64,000 bases of DNA from positions 37,388,001 to 37,452,000 of the forward strand of contig CM119371.1 of the NCBI GenBank assembly GCA_051294905.1. The letters are read 5' to 3'. Position 1 is the first letter of the stretch; each line of letters starts with the position of its first letter. This document shows positions 12,240 to 24,729 of the stretch, in pieces. Source of the DNA: Botryllus schlosseri. Taxonomy: Eukaryota. A program made the translations under genes and the position numbers. The notes beneath the pieces were generated by a model, which was given only the letters and a program-made list of their open reading frames with translations, was not told the DNA's origin and did not search any database.

Positions 12240-12528
12240 AGCGCTGTTTGCGTTCCTGGGCTTCACGCCATCGACTTTTTGGTTGCCTCTGTTTGACATG
12301 GCCGACACCGTGGACGTTCTCAGTCTTGGGTGGTTGGAAGGGGTGGACGCCAGCGGCGATCCTATCACGTCAACCTACGACATAGTCGCCGACACGACTT
12401 TGGTTGGGAGTCAAGATCAGTCTGCTGCTGCTATTGCGGTCGGTTCTGGTTGGGATACCATCGTATTTACTGGAAACACGGATTCAGGCTCAAAGACCTT
12501 CTACGTGTGCGAGTACTGTTCATCCTGA
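12240..12528 (+). CDS. C-type lectin gene A, last exon (CTLD C-terminal half)
   Basis: ttgcag|A GCG CTG; phase 2 joins the previous exon in frame; TFWLPL...LGWLEG...KTFYVCEYCSS-stop. Confidence 0.82.
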
Positions 12529-12830
12529 ACACATATAGGACCGGGTAGTGGCGTCCGCTTGCGCTATATCTACAATGCCAACTACTTCATCATATATGTT
12601 GATAACGTTGCATTTTTCGCGCGCTGATTGATGAGATGAAACAAAACCCTCGAGCTTAACACCTTATTAGAGTGGCAGCTTGGTGGTGTAGGCCTATTCG
12701 TGTCGGGGAAATCAGATTTCTCAGTAACGCAACACTGCATACCACCGCATTAATTCCTTGCTTAATCCCGAGATGATTCAAGGTTATTACTATCGACGTG
12801 TGCTGTTGTAGTTACTCCCTTGCCTTATTT

Positions 12831-13112
12831 CGGTGGTTCTCAAATTGGAGGGAGGCGCGAAGCTGCGGTCACCTGAAATTTATTTTGCGTTAGGCGCGAT
12901 TCACTTCCACTTCATGGTTATTGCTATGTGCATAGTCCGAATTTTATATATGAGAATTCTCTCATCAACAGTCATAACCTTACATGCCATCAAACTATCC
13001 GTGGGGATTATGCTTGCATTCTGTTTGCCTTTTGTGATATGAGGATAGGGAGGGGGCGAATTTTTTCACTTATCATAAAGGGGGCGTGCCTGAAAAATTT
13101 TGAGAACCACTG
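12831..13112. mobile_element. hAT-like MITE
   Basis: Ends CGGTGGTTCTCAAA/TTTGAGAACCACTG; related copy at 32291-32596. Confidence 0.65.
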
Positions 13113-13204
13113 CCATATAGGGTCTCCTGTTGGAGCTTTAAGGTAAAATGATGCACTGCTCCTGTAACATTAACGCGAAACAATAACTTCATATTGTAAA
13201 TTTA

Positions 13205-13244
13205 TTCGCTAAACGCTTTTCGACTGACTCTCATCAGTAGCGAA
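13205..13244 (-). ncRNA. Minimal type I hammerhead ribozyme of Penelope element
   Basis: TTCGCTA-CTGATGA-GAGTCAGTC-GAAA-AGCG-TT-TAGCGAA; perfect 7-bp stem I and conserved core. Confidence 0.75.
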
Positions 13245-13677
13245 CGTCAGTGATAGGGTGAATCAAATTCGAAATGTAGGAACTATTTTGTCTGTATGAC
13301 GTAATAATAACAAAAAACTAGTGGACAGACAAAATACCGTAGTAACGGTAAAAAACCAACGTTAACGAGTACATATTCGGTTACAAATAACAGAGAATAC
13401 AACGCACAATATTAATGAAATATTCCAAGAGTGTAGAGGCGTTCCTTCTGGCAACAGAGAATCGGCTTTCGCAGCTATATTATCGTAGATTCCAGGACCT
13501 TCAAATTAAAAAGAGAACGGCCACGTGCAACTATAGAAAATTGACTGTCATTGTAATGATCAGCAGATTCTGGATGGGATAAGAGATGCTGTCCAATAAC
13601 CGAATTACAAGCAGTAACTTGATCATAATCACGCCGTGTGTCACCAGACTGCGATGATGGAGTTGGAGAAACATTAG

Positions 13678-14727
13678 TTATTCTAATTTGCTCTGAGACG
13701 GGCGACCTACATACCGACTATCACATCGGCACGTGTATTCATATATTATGTTGCTTTGATTGGTCGCAGGTAGCACATCCTTTTGCGTTGCAGGCATCAG
13801 AGATTTCGTCATGAAGATTATCTGCGGTTCTACTTGTGAAAAACAATGCCTCACTGACGATTTAATTTGTTTTTCAAACCTGTTGGACACTTTCCCAATC
13901 CAAGGAAGATGCAAATAAACAGGACATTTTCTAGGTCCGAATGGTTTAACTTTTTTAAAATCTTTAAGTTTACGATCCATGGTCATTTTAATGATATGAT
14001 CAGGATAACCATTTGACTGAAACATTGACCGAATGTTATCCAATTCGGAATCAAGATTGACTTTACTATGAATCATCAGAGCCTTGTGCACCAGAGTTCT
14101 TATCAAATTTACTTTACGTTTTACTGGACCATAAGAATTCCGCGAAATGTATTGCCCATTGAATGTAGGCTTACGATAAACTGATGTAACAAAATTAGCA
14201 CCCGTCTTGTCGACAACAACATCAAGGAATGCTAATAAATTATTTAACTCTTTTTCCATGGTGAATTTCAGTGACGGGTGAAGACCATTCAATTAGCTCA
14301 GAAACAAATCACACTGGGATTCATTCTCAAATATTGCGAAGGTGTCATCAACATATCTTTGATACATTAATGGTCCATCAATATCTTCGAATAACCGTTT
14401 CTCGTAATACCCCACAAAAATGTTAGCCAGAATGGGACCAAGAGGAGATCCCATTGCAACACCACCAATCTGTTTATATATGGTGTTATTGAAACTAAAT
14501 TCGACATCAAAAGTGAGCAAGCGCATTAATTTAACGGAAGAAGACCTTGAAAATGGAGGAGATGGAAGGACACCACCATAGAATTCATTGGCACAAATCT
14601 CTATATTATCTTCAACTGGCACGTTCGTGAATAAACTAGATATATCAAACGAGCACATAGAGATTTCGGACACATCGAGATCAACATTACGAATGGTATC
14701 AGCAAATGTGAACGAGTCACGAATGTA
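13678..14727 (-). pseudogene. Penelope RT core, thumb and start of GIY-YIG
   Basis: ORFs 14293-14727 and 13678-14292 are in the same frame, separated by one stop. Confidence 0.88.
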
Positions 14728-14735
14728 GTTACCTC

Positions 14736-15693
14736 TAGGGATGGTGTGAACGTGAGGTTCACGTTGGCGTTCTGTGTGTGAACCTCGCAAATTTAGGGTT
14801 TCACGTTCACAAACGAACCTTGGTAGGTTCTTCACTATGAACCTTTTTCATATATTACAATTTTCACTTCATTATAACATCTTAGGTTGACATTTATTGC
14901 ATTTCAACTGTGGGCCACTATATGCATGGCGCTGCCAGCATAAAAAAAGAATCAACACTACCAGCATGTGCCTTGACAATCTCAAAAATATTATTTGCTT
15001 TGATACAAAAGTTTGCTCGAATATTTAGTGACTCTCTGCCGTGATCTTGACCCGCAATCACACAGCATCAAGGTATTCAGCGAATTATGCTTACTCAGCC
15101 AATCGATGAAATTGATATCGCTCTCGTTGTATGATGTAAAATATCAAGCAGGCGCACGGGGACAATCTTGATTTCATATGTTTATTGTACCATAAAAACC
15201 AAATCCGTGCGATTGGGTTGTTGGAAACTGATGTATAACTTGTTAATGGGGTAACATCGGTAGCAAGTATAGAAACCCGTTTACACTCTGCTCAATATCA
15301 AAGTGGCAAAACTCAGATGCCGAAAACATTGTCCGGTCTGGCCTGGACCCGTTAAGGCGTAAACTTATATTCCCTTGCAAGTCCTCGATGAAATTGTTGG
15401 CAAAGCGACGGAATATATTGATTCATTGGATTATTATATCATTTGATTGCCTCAGTAAATACATTTGACGACGTTTAAAACGTCAATATGTACTTCAGCA
15501 TTGTGGCATTATGTGGCCCGAGTCGTCTTCAGGTATCGTGTATATTAATATACGCTACTTCACTGAAATGTAAGGATTGGAATTATCAATATGACGTGAC
15601 GTCATGAGGTCCACGTTCGCGTTCACACAGAACCTTTCAAAAAGGTTCGCGTTCACACGAACCTGAACCTTTCAGAGGTTCTCACCATCCCTA
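14736..15693. mobile_element. Intact ~960-bp non-autonomous hAT element
   Basis: TIRs TAGGGATGGTG/CACCATCCCTA; 8-bp TSD GTTACCTC/GTTACCAC; further copies at 3235-6840 and from 39876. Confidence 0.9.
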
Positions 15694-15719
15694 GTTACCA
15701 CCATAGAACTAACTCACCT

Positions 15720-16250
15720 TAAGCAGCGGGCAGTGCAGTTTTTATCTTATTTTGACCTGATACGGTTTGACGTTATATGGACAAAATTGATGCACGTAAA
15801 GAGGATGAGAAGGTACAGCAGAATGAGCGTAACATCAGCTTGCTTCTCAAGACACGATATGGTACCAGGGCAGTCGCTGGTAGTAAGGTTATTACCAAGT
15901 TATCGGACTATGAGCTGAGTGACACTGAATGTGACACTCTTGGTCTTCATTTTTCTGTGCCACCGACAGAAATCAAGCGTGAGGAAGTTTTTGCTGAATT
16001 TGAGGTGTTACATTGACAATTGTCACATCATCACCAGAAATTTGATGATGAATGCAGAGCAAAGGAACACAGTGAGAGAATTGTCGCGCCTAAAGCCAAA
16101 CTAAGTAGCTTAGCGCACGGTTTTTGTGGAACTTCAAACGACAGAAGTGATTTTACAATGACGTCCGATTGCTACAGGAGCATCAGATCCCTGAAATCCA
16201 ATAAGTCAATTCATATAACCAAGCCTGATAAAGGATCTGGTGTAGTCATT
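15720..16250 (+). pseudogene. Penelope N-terminal RT-upstream region, inverted relative to the RT core
   Basis: ITKLSDYELSDTE...HFSVPP...EFEVL...SIRSLKSNKSIHITKPDKGSGVVI, typical of the Penelope pre-RT region; frameshifted. Confidence 0.8.
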
Positions 16251-16269
16251 GGACCCTGCAATGTATTTC

Positions 16270-16760
16270 ATTGGTATGATATTGTAATCGGATGTGAATT
16301 TGCTTGATGACATTCGATCAACATCAAAATTACCCGCCATGATAATGTCTGTGGTTCGAAGGCTTATTCCCCGATGTTTGTATTCCGACACATTGCATGC
16401 AATGTCATACACCCCTATTCACGCGAATACTTGTGTGGGCAAACAATCGTGACGTATGTGTGGATGGTGCATTGGTATTTTCTTCGTGGAAACAAAACAC
16501 GGGGTGTAACATGTTTACTTAAATATTGGTCGTTGGGTCATGAGTGAATATCGGGATCCGATCACACACTTTTTCATGGTCATCCGGTTTCAGCTGATTG
16601 GAGCGAAACTTATTGACCAATAAAGACACAATATAGTAAACATTCGTGAGAAAACTGACAAGTAACCAGGAATTGTTAGCGCGATGCGGAACATAAATTC
16701 AGCCGTTTTCCGAACACCGTTATCCACGTACCAACCAGTTACCAAAGTCAAGGAGGTGTT
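16270..16760. mobile_element. Left part of an older diverged copy of the Polinton-like family (insertion target)
   Basis: Diverged direct copy of 22334-22799; continues collinearly at 32877 after the TSD. Confidence 0.8.
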
Positions 16761-16804
16761 AGTAGTATAGTAGATCGCTCGCAAGCGGCTATTGTGGCTT
16801 ATGG

Positions 16805-17110
16805 GCCCGCTGGTGAGGTGCCGCGAAACTCGTGTTGGTGATGGCACCCTTTAAACCCCCCCTTCCGCTGGTGAGGTGCCATGTGTTCTTATAAGAACCT
16901 TGGTGATGGTACCCTTTCAGGTATAGGCTGCGTCGGTGATGTGCCGTGAAAACTCGTGTTGGTGAGTCGTACTTTCAGGTATAGGCTGCGTCGGTGATGT
17001 GACTGTCATGTATTCTTACGGGATCTCTGGTGATGTGCCATTGTTTCTTATGGTATCTCTGGTGATGGCACCCTTTCAGGTATAGGCTGCGGCGATGATG
17101 TGCCCACGGG
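16805..17110. repeat. Subterminal tandem repeats (GGTGATGTGCC / TTTCAGGTATAGGCTGCG motifs)
   Basis: Repeated motifs just inside the left terminus, mirrored at about 31410-31655 and 32790-32830. Confidence 0.8.
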
Positions 17111-20100
17111 TTCTTGTGTGATAGTGTACTAACGTTATAGGTATAGGTATCTCTGGTGAAGTGGTGTTAAATATCAAGTGTAGTAAACAGTGACGACATT
17201 ACTTAGTATATATATTCAAAAGTATTATATATGCCAATTTGAGGTAATCCCAACGTTTACGGTGAGTGCGACTTCAATATATCGTTATTCTTATGGCCGC
17301 GGCGGTGATTCGTACTTTCGGGTATAGACTGCGGGCGGCATGTCGTACTTTCAGCGAAAAAGGTGCGAAATAGTTTGCTAAATCTAGGAATCAGTCGCAT
17401 GGTAATGTTTTAGTAATTAGTTTGCCACAGAGCCGGCGTAGACGGTGATTCGAATATCAACAATACCCACGCTCTCAAACTAACACTTCAAAAAGGTGTG
17501 AAATAGGTTACGAATCCCGCGATCGCTCACAAGATAATACCTACGACATAACCATCGCTCGCGACTTGCTGTTACATACATTCCAATCACTCACGAGGTA
17601 CTATTTTGGTAATCAGTATGTCGCGGAACTGGATTTCGCCGATAAGATTTAATAAGTAACGAATAACCGAACCGTCGCAGACGGTGATTCGAATACCGAC
17701 AAATTCTCACTTATTTCTGATCCAACCCTAATCCTTTGCGAAGTTGGCGCTTATTCAAAAAGGTGTGAAATAATTGTAAACCCTACATCGCTGACAGGAT
17801 AATGCATCAGTCATAGCGATCTAGTTATAGTGCGGTGTCCATCCATTCGCGGGATGTACTAAAGGTAAATTCAGATAATCCAAAATGAAATATCTCGACT
17901 TTGACATAGACTGAATTGAAATAGATTGACAAACATAACTACCAACTTTCACCCAGTCACATTTCGAAATTATACGCACATTGATTTGAAACAAGTAATG
18001 AAACATTACAACTCTATTCGCGATCTGGCTTTCCGTTTGCCTAAGGACATTTTAACATCTTACCATACTCAAAAGAATTATTCACAACATTAACCGATGT
18101 TACAAATCTAGTTTTCACTTACTTGATTATATCACTACAACTCGCAAACTTGAATTAATTCATCTGGTTGTATTCATATGACCGATAATTTTTATCCAAC
18201 TGTAAAGGTCGTTATACTATTCTGTAAGACAGAGTATTTACTATTCGGTGCATATGCGACTTGACATAAACCTATTATATTTTGAGTATACGAGATTTGA
18301 ATGTCTGAACAATAACTGAGAATTAAATTATCACAATTGAATCCATATATGACAGCGTAAAAGATATTGGAATGTCAGCAACTCTTTACGGTCATACTTA
18401 CAACCACATTAACTAATGTACCCAGCCAACACGTCATGATCATTCCCGAAATCAACGCAAACGCGGCCACTGACTTGAGTTAACCACAAAACGGCATCAA
18501 GTTTTAAATCCGCTTGCAGCTGACGGATTATTCGAATGCATCGACGGAGAATATTATTGAATTCGTCGGTATTGTTACTTCAACAAATTTTCGCTTACAC
18601 TGACTGCGAAAGTTAATATCGAATGGTAAGACTTGATCACATATTTGTTGAGCACAGACATGACAAAACACATTATCGAGGTTTTATAAACTAGTCATAT
18701 TACTCTACACATCTATCAATATCAGAATGCAAGTCATCAAACTTTTTGTTAAATGTAACATTGCACTTTTGGAATCGGATTCGTTATAGTCATACAAATT
18801 GTATTAAACCCAACACCAAAACAAAACGACTTTTTAGTTCATTAGAATCAAATCATTCGTCTTCGACTTGTGCTTTATTAGATTGCACGCAACAATTCGT
18901 TACGAATGAGCTGTAACCAAAGTTAAGAAATCTTTGCGTCCACAGATATAGAAGATGAATCTACCTAACACAATCACGAATCGCTGTTTCAAGTATTTCA
19001 CGGATGTAATAAACTTGTTAGTGTCACCTATCTAAAAGTATGCATGCGTTAGATTTCCATGCCGACTGTTGCGATGTTTAGGATTCGCTTACAATGACCA
19101 AGAGTAAGGATTTAACATCAATGTCGTTACTGTCGGCATTCGCAACAGAGAATCGAAACATTGCACAGTGTGAAAATATACCCTTGATATCAAAGCACTA
19201 TCCCAAGTACACGATTAATACTCAACTCCGTTCGCACTTTTTATAGAACGTGCTAAATGTAAAATATCGCGAGGTTGCACTCTAAGACTTTGATCATTAC
19301 AAAAGTAAATTGGAATATGTTTGCTAAATGAATTCAATTCAACTAGAAATGTCTAGTGCACAACACTCGTAACATCAAGGAAGTACTTGCCACACTGTAA
19401 TTCCCTAAACGTGTTTTGCATTGTTGTTCATTTGTAGTATTGATTGAAATTGTTTTTCGAACCCTCAAATATTGATTCCCGACATGAAACCAAGCCGCTG
19501 AAAGTCGTTACCATCACAACGAAACCATTTGCACGATGTTTGCCAAATGTGTCTTATAGTTAGGTGTACCAGAATTATTTGTGTAACACACCGACACAGA
19601 AATCGGAAATTTTTCCGTTGTCATTCGTTAAAGTAAATGCCATCACAATACTCTGTCACTAAAAGACGTTACTTGTATGTGATTGAATTCCTAGCAACTC
19701 ACTAAACCGAACCCCAAAGAAATTTTACTCACTCGACGGATATGAAACAGCGTCGCTTAATCGGTCTATATCATTTTTCTAAATGCAAATCATATCCACC
19801 AAGCATAAGACAATTTTCACTCGCTTGGTAATGAAACCGAGGTGTGGGTCTTCATTCAATATTTTGTTTGTGTCAAATACTTTGCAATAAACACACTGGA
19901 GTGGTTGACCTTTCCATCATCAGGCTGTCATCTGTAAATCAAGCTTACATCCGATTTGTAACAGTATCGTTTACCTAACCGAGTAGGATGCACAGTTTGA
20001 GACTTTTGTCATTTAGTGATTGCTGAACATACCACTTCTAAATACTACGTTGATCGTAATTTCCATCATCGTAATAATCGAAGTACATTTGTTTCGAGTT

Positions 20101-21884
20101 CGTAACAACCGACTTTTCTATGACATGATAAATTTTTGACAAGTTATGCTTAGAATATTGGTGCATATCGCGAAAAATAATATACCACTCATATTGATAC
20201 TGTTACTCCATTGATCGGTATTTTCAAACGAGTCGATTTTCAAACGAGTAAAATTTAATTACTTGAGTTGTTCCGCTTAATCTATTTAAATTTAAACTCA
20301 CCCATCTTTCAAAACCACAACAAACAATGATAAAAAAGTATGCAATCAAACACAAGTTTTACTTTTGTAAGACACTAATTATTATTCCACGCATCTCATT
20401 TCATACTAAGTGCATAAGAAAGATATTCATGGAACACGAAAATATTCGATATTCCCATGCTACGAACATACGCAATGATTGGTGACGCTTTCAAACTGTT
20501 TCGATTTAGTGTAACAAATAACAACAACAACAATTTTCACTCTCTTCACTTATGAAAACAACAGACGAGTCTTCATTCAATATTTTGTTTGTGTCAACTA
20601 GTTACTTTGTATGATACCCCCACAACTCTTACCAAAATACGAAGGATATTAACATCGCACAAAGTAATCAACTTTACTCGATAATCTCACATCACGAAAC
20701 TAAAGAATGGTTGGTTAGACTCTACAAACTGTTTTGATACCTCAAGAACTTTATTGTCTGAATGGTTGTTCAAGTTCATGTATCTTAATAATCAAATAGT
20801 TTAACACAGAACTAGTACTAACAGAAACATCAGAGTTGTTTACACAAAAGTTTGTATGTGTGCAGTATGCGAATACCATGTGTAAGTCCAGCACAATTGC
20901 GGTATCCATCCGAGTTTAGTTAACACAAATTTATTACAACGGAGCCACGTAAACTTTCGTGAAAGAAAAGCATACTCACCTCCAGAGGGTTCTATCAATG
21001 CCATAGCAATAAACCCGCCACTCCAACAACATAGTACATATGTTTTCTAGTAACGACTCTCAAATCTTACGCCCAGATCAATCTACTTTGCTAAGGAAAA
21101 GTGCTGAGTCATCACAAGATTGTCCTTACAACAAAACAACCTGTAGATGGATCTGCATTGAAATGTTCCGAACCCTTTGCAGGCCAGTGACAAATTTTTC
21201 AATGGTTATTTTTAGTGAATCGAATTGTTGTTCAGCGTCAAGTCTCTATGTTGAAGCGCACATTAAAACAACACAGTCACAATCCAATTAAAACCACGAA
21301 TCTATTTTCATTTCCTAACAAACTGTCACATACAGAAAAATAAATTCTATTTCTCCAAAACATACTTGTAACCAATCGCTTTCATTAAACACACAACACC
21401 ATAAAAATATTTACTTTCTACAACATATACATTCCGATGTAGTCAAGAAATATTTGTATTAATCAAGTTCATCAACTTCTGCTTACGGTGTTAGTGTGTG
21501 CATGTCATACCTGTGGGTCTCGTATTAAAATGGACACGACACGACTGAATGCAAGGAGATAGAAATCGCATCGATTTATATGGGGTTACGGTTTTAAAAC
21601 GAATCATCTCTTTTGCATTGATCGGGACCGAACAAGTTGGTTACATGTATTCGTGGTAATGATTTCGCTTGTCATATGCGAATGATAGGGTTACTGTCAC
21701 GACAAATCAAATCTACATACAACAATTTTCTGACAATCATAATAGCAATTTCGTTCTCTCCCTTCGTAATTGTATACTGACGACAAGTAGATTGTACAAC
21801 TCGACAACTACGTTTAAGACCAATGACACTGAACTCACGACGTTTACCTATGTAAAATTACCACTTTCACATGGAGGTCCACCG

Positions 21885-22333
21885 TTACCTGAGTAAAAAT
21901 ATCATTGTCCTCTGGAGATCATTGGTTTACCCAGAGTTAGAATACATTTTCACTTGGAAATTTATTTTCCCCCGAGCAACAAACCATTTTCACCTCGAGA
22001 TCCGCCGTTTCCCAAAGTAATGATACATTTTCACTTGGGGGTCTAGCGTTTCCTAGAGTAACAAACCCTTTTCACTTGGAAATAGATTTTTTCTCGGAGT
22101 AACAACTCATTTTCACTTTGGGTTCTATCCTTTCCTGGAGTAACAAACCCTTTTCGTTTGTAAATCTATTTTTTCCTACAGCAACAAACCATTTTCACTT
22201 GGAAAAATACTTTTACCTAGAGTAACTAATCATTTTCCTTTGGAAATATATTTTTTCCCTGAGTAACAATGTCGTTTTCACTTGGAAAACTATCATTTAC
22301 CTGAGTACCAATACCGTTTTCACTTGGAAATCT
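21885..22333. repeat. ~39-bp tandem array (TTTTCACTTGGAAA...GAGTAACAA)
   Basis: About 11 degenerate units; mirrored at 23075-23600 and in the old copy at 33165-33530. Confidence 0.88.
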
Positions 22334-23074
22334 TATTGGTATGACATTGTTATCGGGTGTGCTTGATGACCTTCGATCTGCATCAAAATTACCGGCTATG
22401 ATAATGTCTGTGGATCGAAGGCTTACTCCCCGTTGTTTGTATACCAACACATTGCATGCAATGTCACACACCTCCATTTACGCGTATACTTGTGTGGGCG
22501 AACAAGCGCGACGTATGTGTGGATGGTATTTTTTCGTGGAAACACAGGGTGTAACATGTTTACTTGAATATTGTTCATTGGTTTATCGATTCAGACTTGA
22601 TATCCGGATCCGGTTACGTACTTTATCAGGGTTTCCGATTTCAAACTGAATGTCGAGACATACATTGACCAATAAAGACACAATATAGTAAACATGTGGG
22701 AGGAAACTCGACACGGAATTGTTACCGCGATGGGTGACATAAATCCAACCGTTTTCCGAACACCGTTATCCACGTACCAACCATCGTCGAGGAGGTGTTT
22801 TATTCAGACATTTTGACTCTGGACAATCCAAAGCACGAACCCGGACATCACAGACCTATCGAAACCTATTGTCCAATTTCCCAAACATGCATTTCGATAT
22901 ACAAGAGCACATTGCATGTGAGTAACTGAGGATTTTGATGGGATGCGCCAGCACAAGTGAATATGCGATTACACAAATGTATCGGAGTCGTTGTTGGTGC
23001 ATATTTTGTCACTGTCCGTTGTAAAAAAATACAAAAAAAATCAAATTGTCGAGTGTGCTTGTCAGTTTTCAAAA

Positions 23075-23600
23075 ACGAAAATGGTATTGTTACCCCGGGA
23101 AAAGATAGATTTCCAAGTGAAAACGGTATTGGTACTCAGGTAAATGATAGTTTTCCAAGTGAAAACGACATTGTTACTCAGGGAAAAAATATATTTCCAA
23201 AGGAAAATGATTAGTTACTCTAGGTAAAAGTATTTTTCCAAGTGAAAATGGTTTGTTGCTGTAGGAAAAAATAGATTTACAAACGAAAAGGGTTTGTTAC
23301 TCCAGGAAAGGATAGAACCCAAAGTGAAAATGAGTTGTTACTCCGAGAAAAAATCTATTTCCAAGTGAAAAGGGTTTGTTACTCTAGGAAACGCTAGACC
23401 CCCAAGTGAAAATGTATCATTACTTTGGGAAACGGTGGATTTCGAGGTGAAAATGGTTTGTTGCTCGGGGAAAAATAAATTTCCAAGTGAAAATGTATTG
23501 TAACTCTGAGTAAACCAAAGATCTCCAAAGGACAATGATATTTTTACTCAGGTAACGGTGGACCTCCATGTGAAAGTGGTAATTTTACATAGGTAAACGT
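23075..23600. repeat. ~39-bp tandem array, inverted copy
   Basis: TTTCCAAGTGAAAA...TTGTTACTC units; reverse complement of 21885-22333. Confidence 0.88.
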
Positions 23601-24729
23601 CGTGAGTTCAGTGTCATTGATCTTGTTAAACGTAGTTGTCGAGTTGTACAATCTACTTGTCGTGAGTATACAATTACGAAGGGAGAGAATGAAATTGCTA
23701 TTATGATTGTCTGAAAATGTTGTATGTAGATTTGATTTGTCGTGACAGTAACCCTATCATTCGCATATGACTAGCGAAATCATTACAACGAATACATGTA
23801 ACCAACTTGTTCGGTCCCGATCAATGCAAAAGAGATGATTCGTTTTAAAACCGTAACCACATGTAAATCGATGCGATTTCTATCTCCTTGCATTCAGTCG
23901 TGTCGTGTCCATTTTAATACGAGACCCACAGGTATGACAGGCACACACTAACATCGTAAACAGAAGTTGATGAATTTGATTAATACAAATATTTCTTGAC
24001 TACATCGGAATGTATTTGTTGTAGAAAGTAAATACTTTTATTGTGTTGTGTGTTTGATGAAAGCGATTGGTTACAAGTATGTTTTGGGGAAATAAAATTT
24101 ATTTTTCTGTATGTGACAGTTTGTTAGGAAATGAAAATAGATTCGTGGTTTTAATTGGATTGTGACTGTGTTGTTTTAATGTGCGCTTCAACATAGAGAC
24201 TTGACGCTGAACAACAATTCGATTCACTGAAAATAACCATTGAAAAATTTGTCACTGGTCTGCAAAGGGTTCGGAACATTTTAGTACAGCTCCATCTACC
24301 GGATGTTTTGTTGTGAGGACAATCTTGTGATGACTCAGCACTTTTCGTTAGCAAAGTAGATTGATCTGGGCGTAAGATTTGAGAGTCGTTACTAGAAAAC
24401 ATATGTACTATGTTGTTGGAGTAGCGGGTTTATTGCTATGGCATTGATAGAACCCTGTGGAGGTGAGTATGCTTTTCTTTCACGAAAGCTTACGTGGCTC
24501 CGTTGTAATAAATTTGTGTTAACTAAACGCAGATGGATACCGCAATTGTGCTGGACTTACACATGGTATTCACATACTGCACACATACAAACTTTCGTGT
24601 AAACAACTCTGATGTTTCTGTTAGTACTAGTTCTGTGTTGAACTATTTGATTATTAAGATACATGAACTTGAACAACCATTCAGACAATAAAGTTCTTGA
24701 GGTATCGAAAGAGTTTGTAGAGTCTAACC

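Larger units (their letters stand above)
13180..15716 (-). mobile_element. Penelope-like retroelement (RT + GIY-YIG endonuclease), decayed and interrupted by a hAT MITE
   Basis: SFDISSLFTNVP, GVAMGSPLGPILANIFV, RYVDDTF, FLDV, VYRKPT, NIIYEYTCRCDSRYVG; stops and frameshifts; hammerhead and AATAAA at the 3' end. Confidence 0.92.
16761..22333 (+). repeat. Left arm of giant inverted repeat
   Basis: Mirror ORFs (17821-18006 vs 30397-30627; 21040-21291 vs 24151-24402; 16590-16847 vs 32790-32978) and continuous reverse-complement match. Confidence 0.95.

Noticed and set aside
14736..14835. N-terminus of the 180-aa RT ORF
   Set aside because: Derived from the inserted hAT MITE end
21885..23600. 39-bp periodic repeats as a CRISPR array or a 13-aa repeat protein
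   Set aside because: Whole units are degenerate tandem copies with no unique spacers; no cas genes; eukaryotic context; the reading frames contain stops
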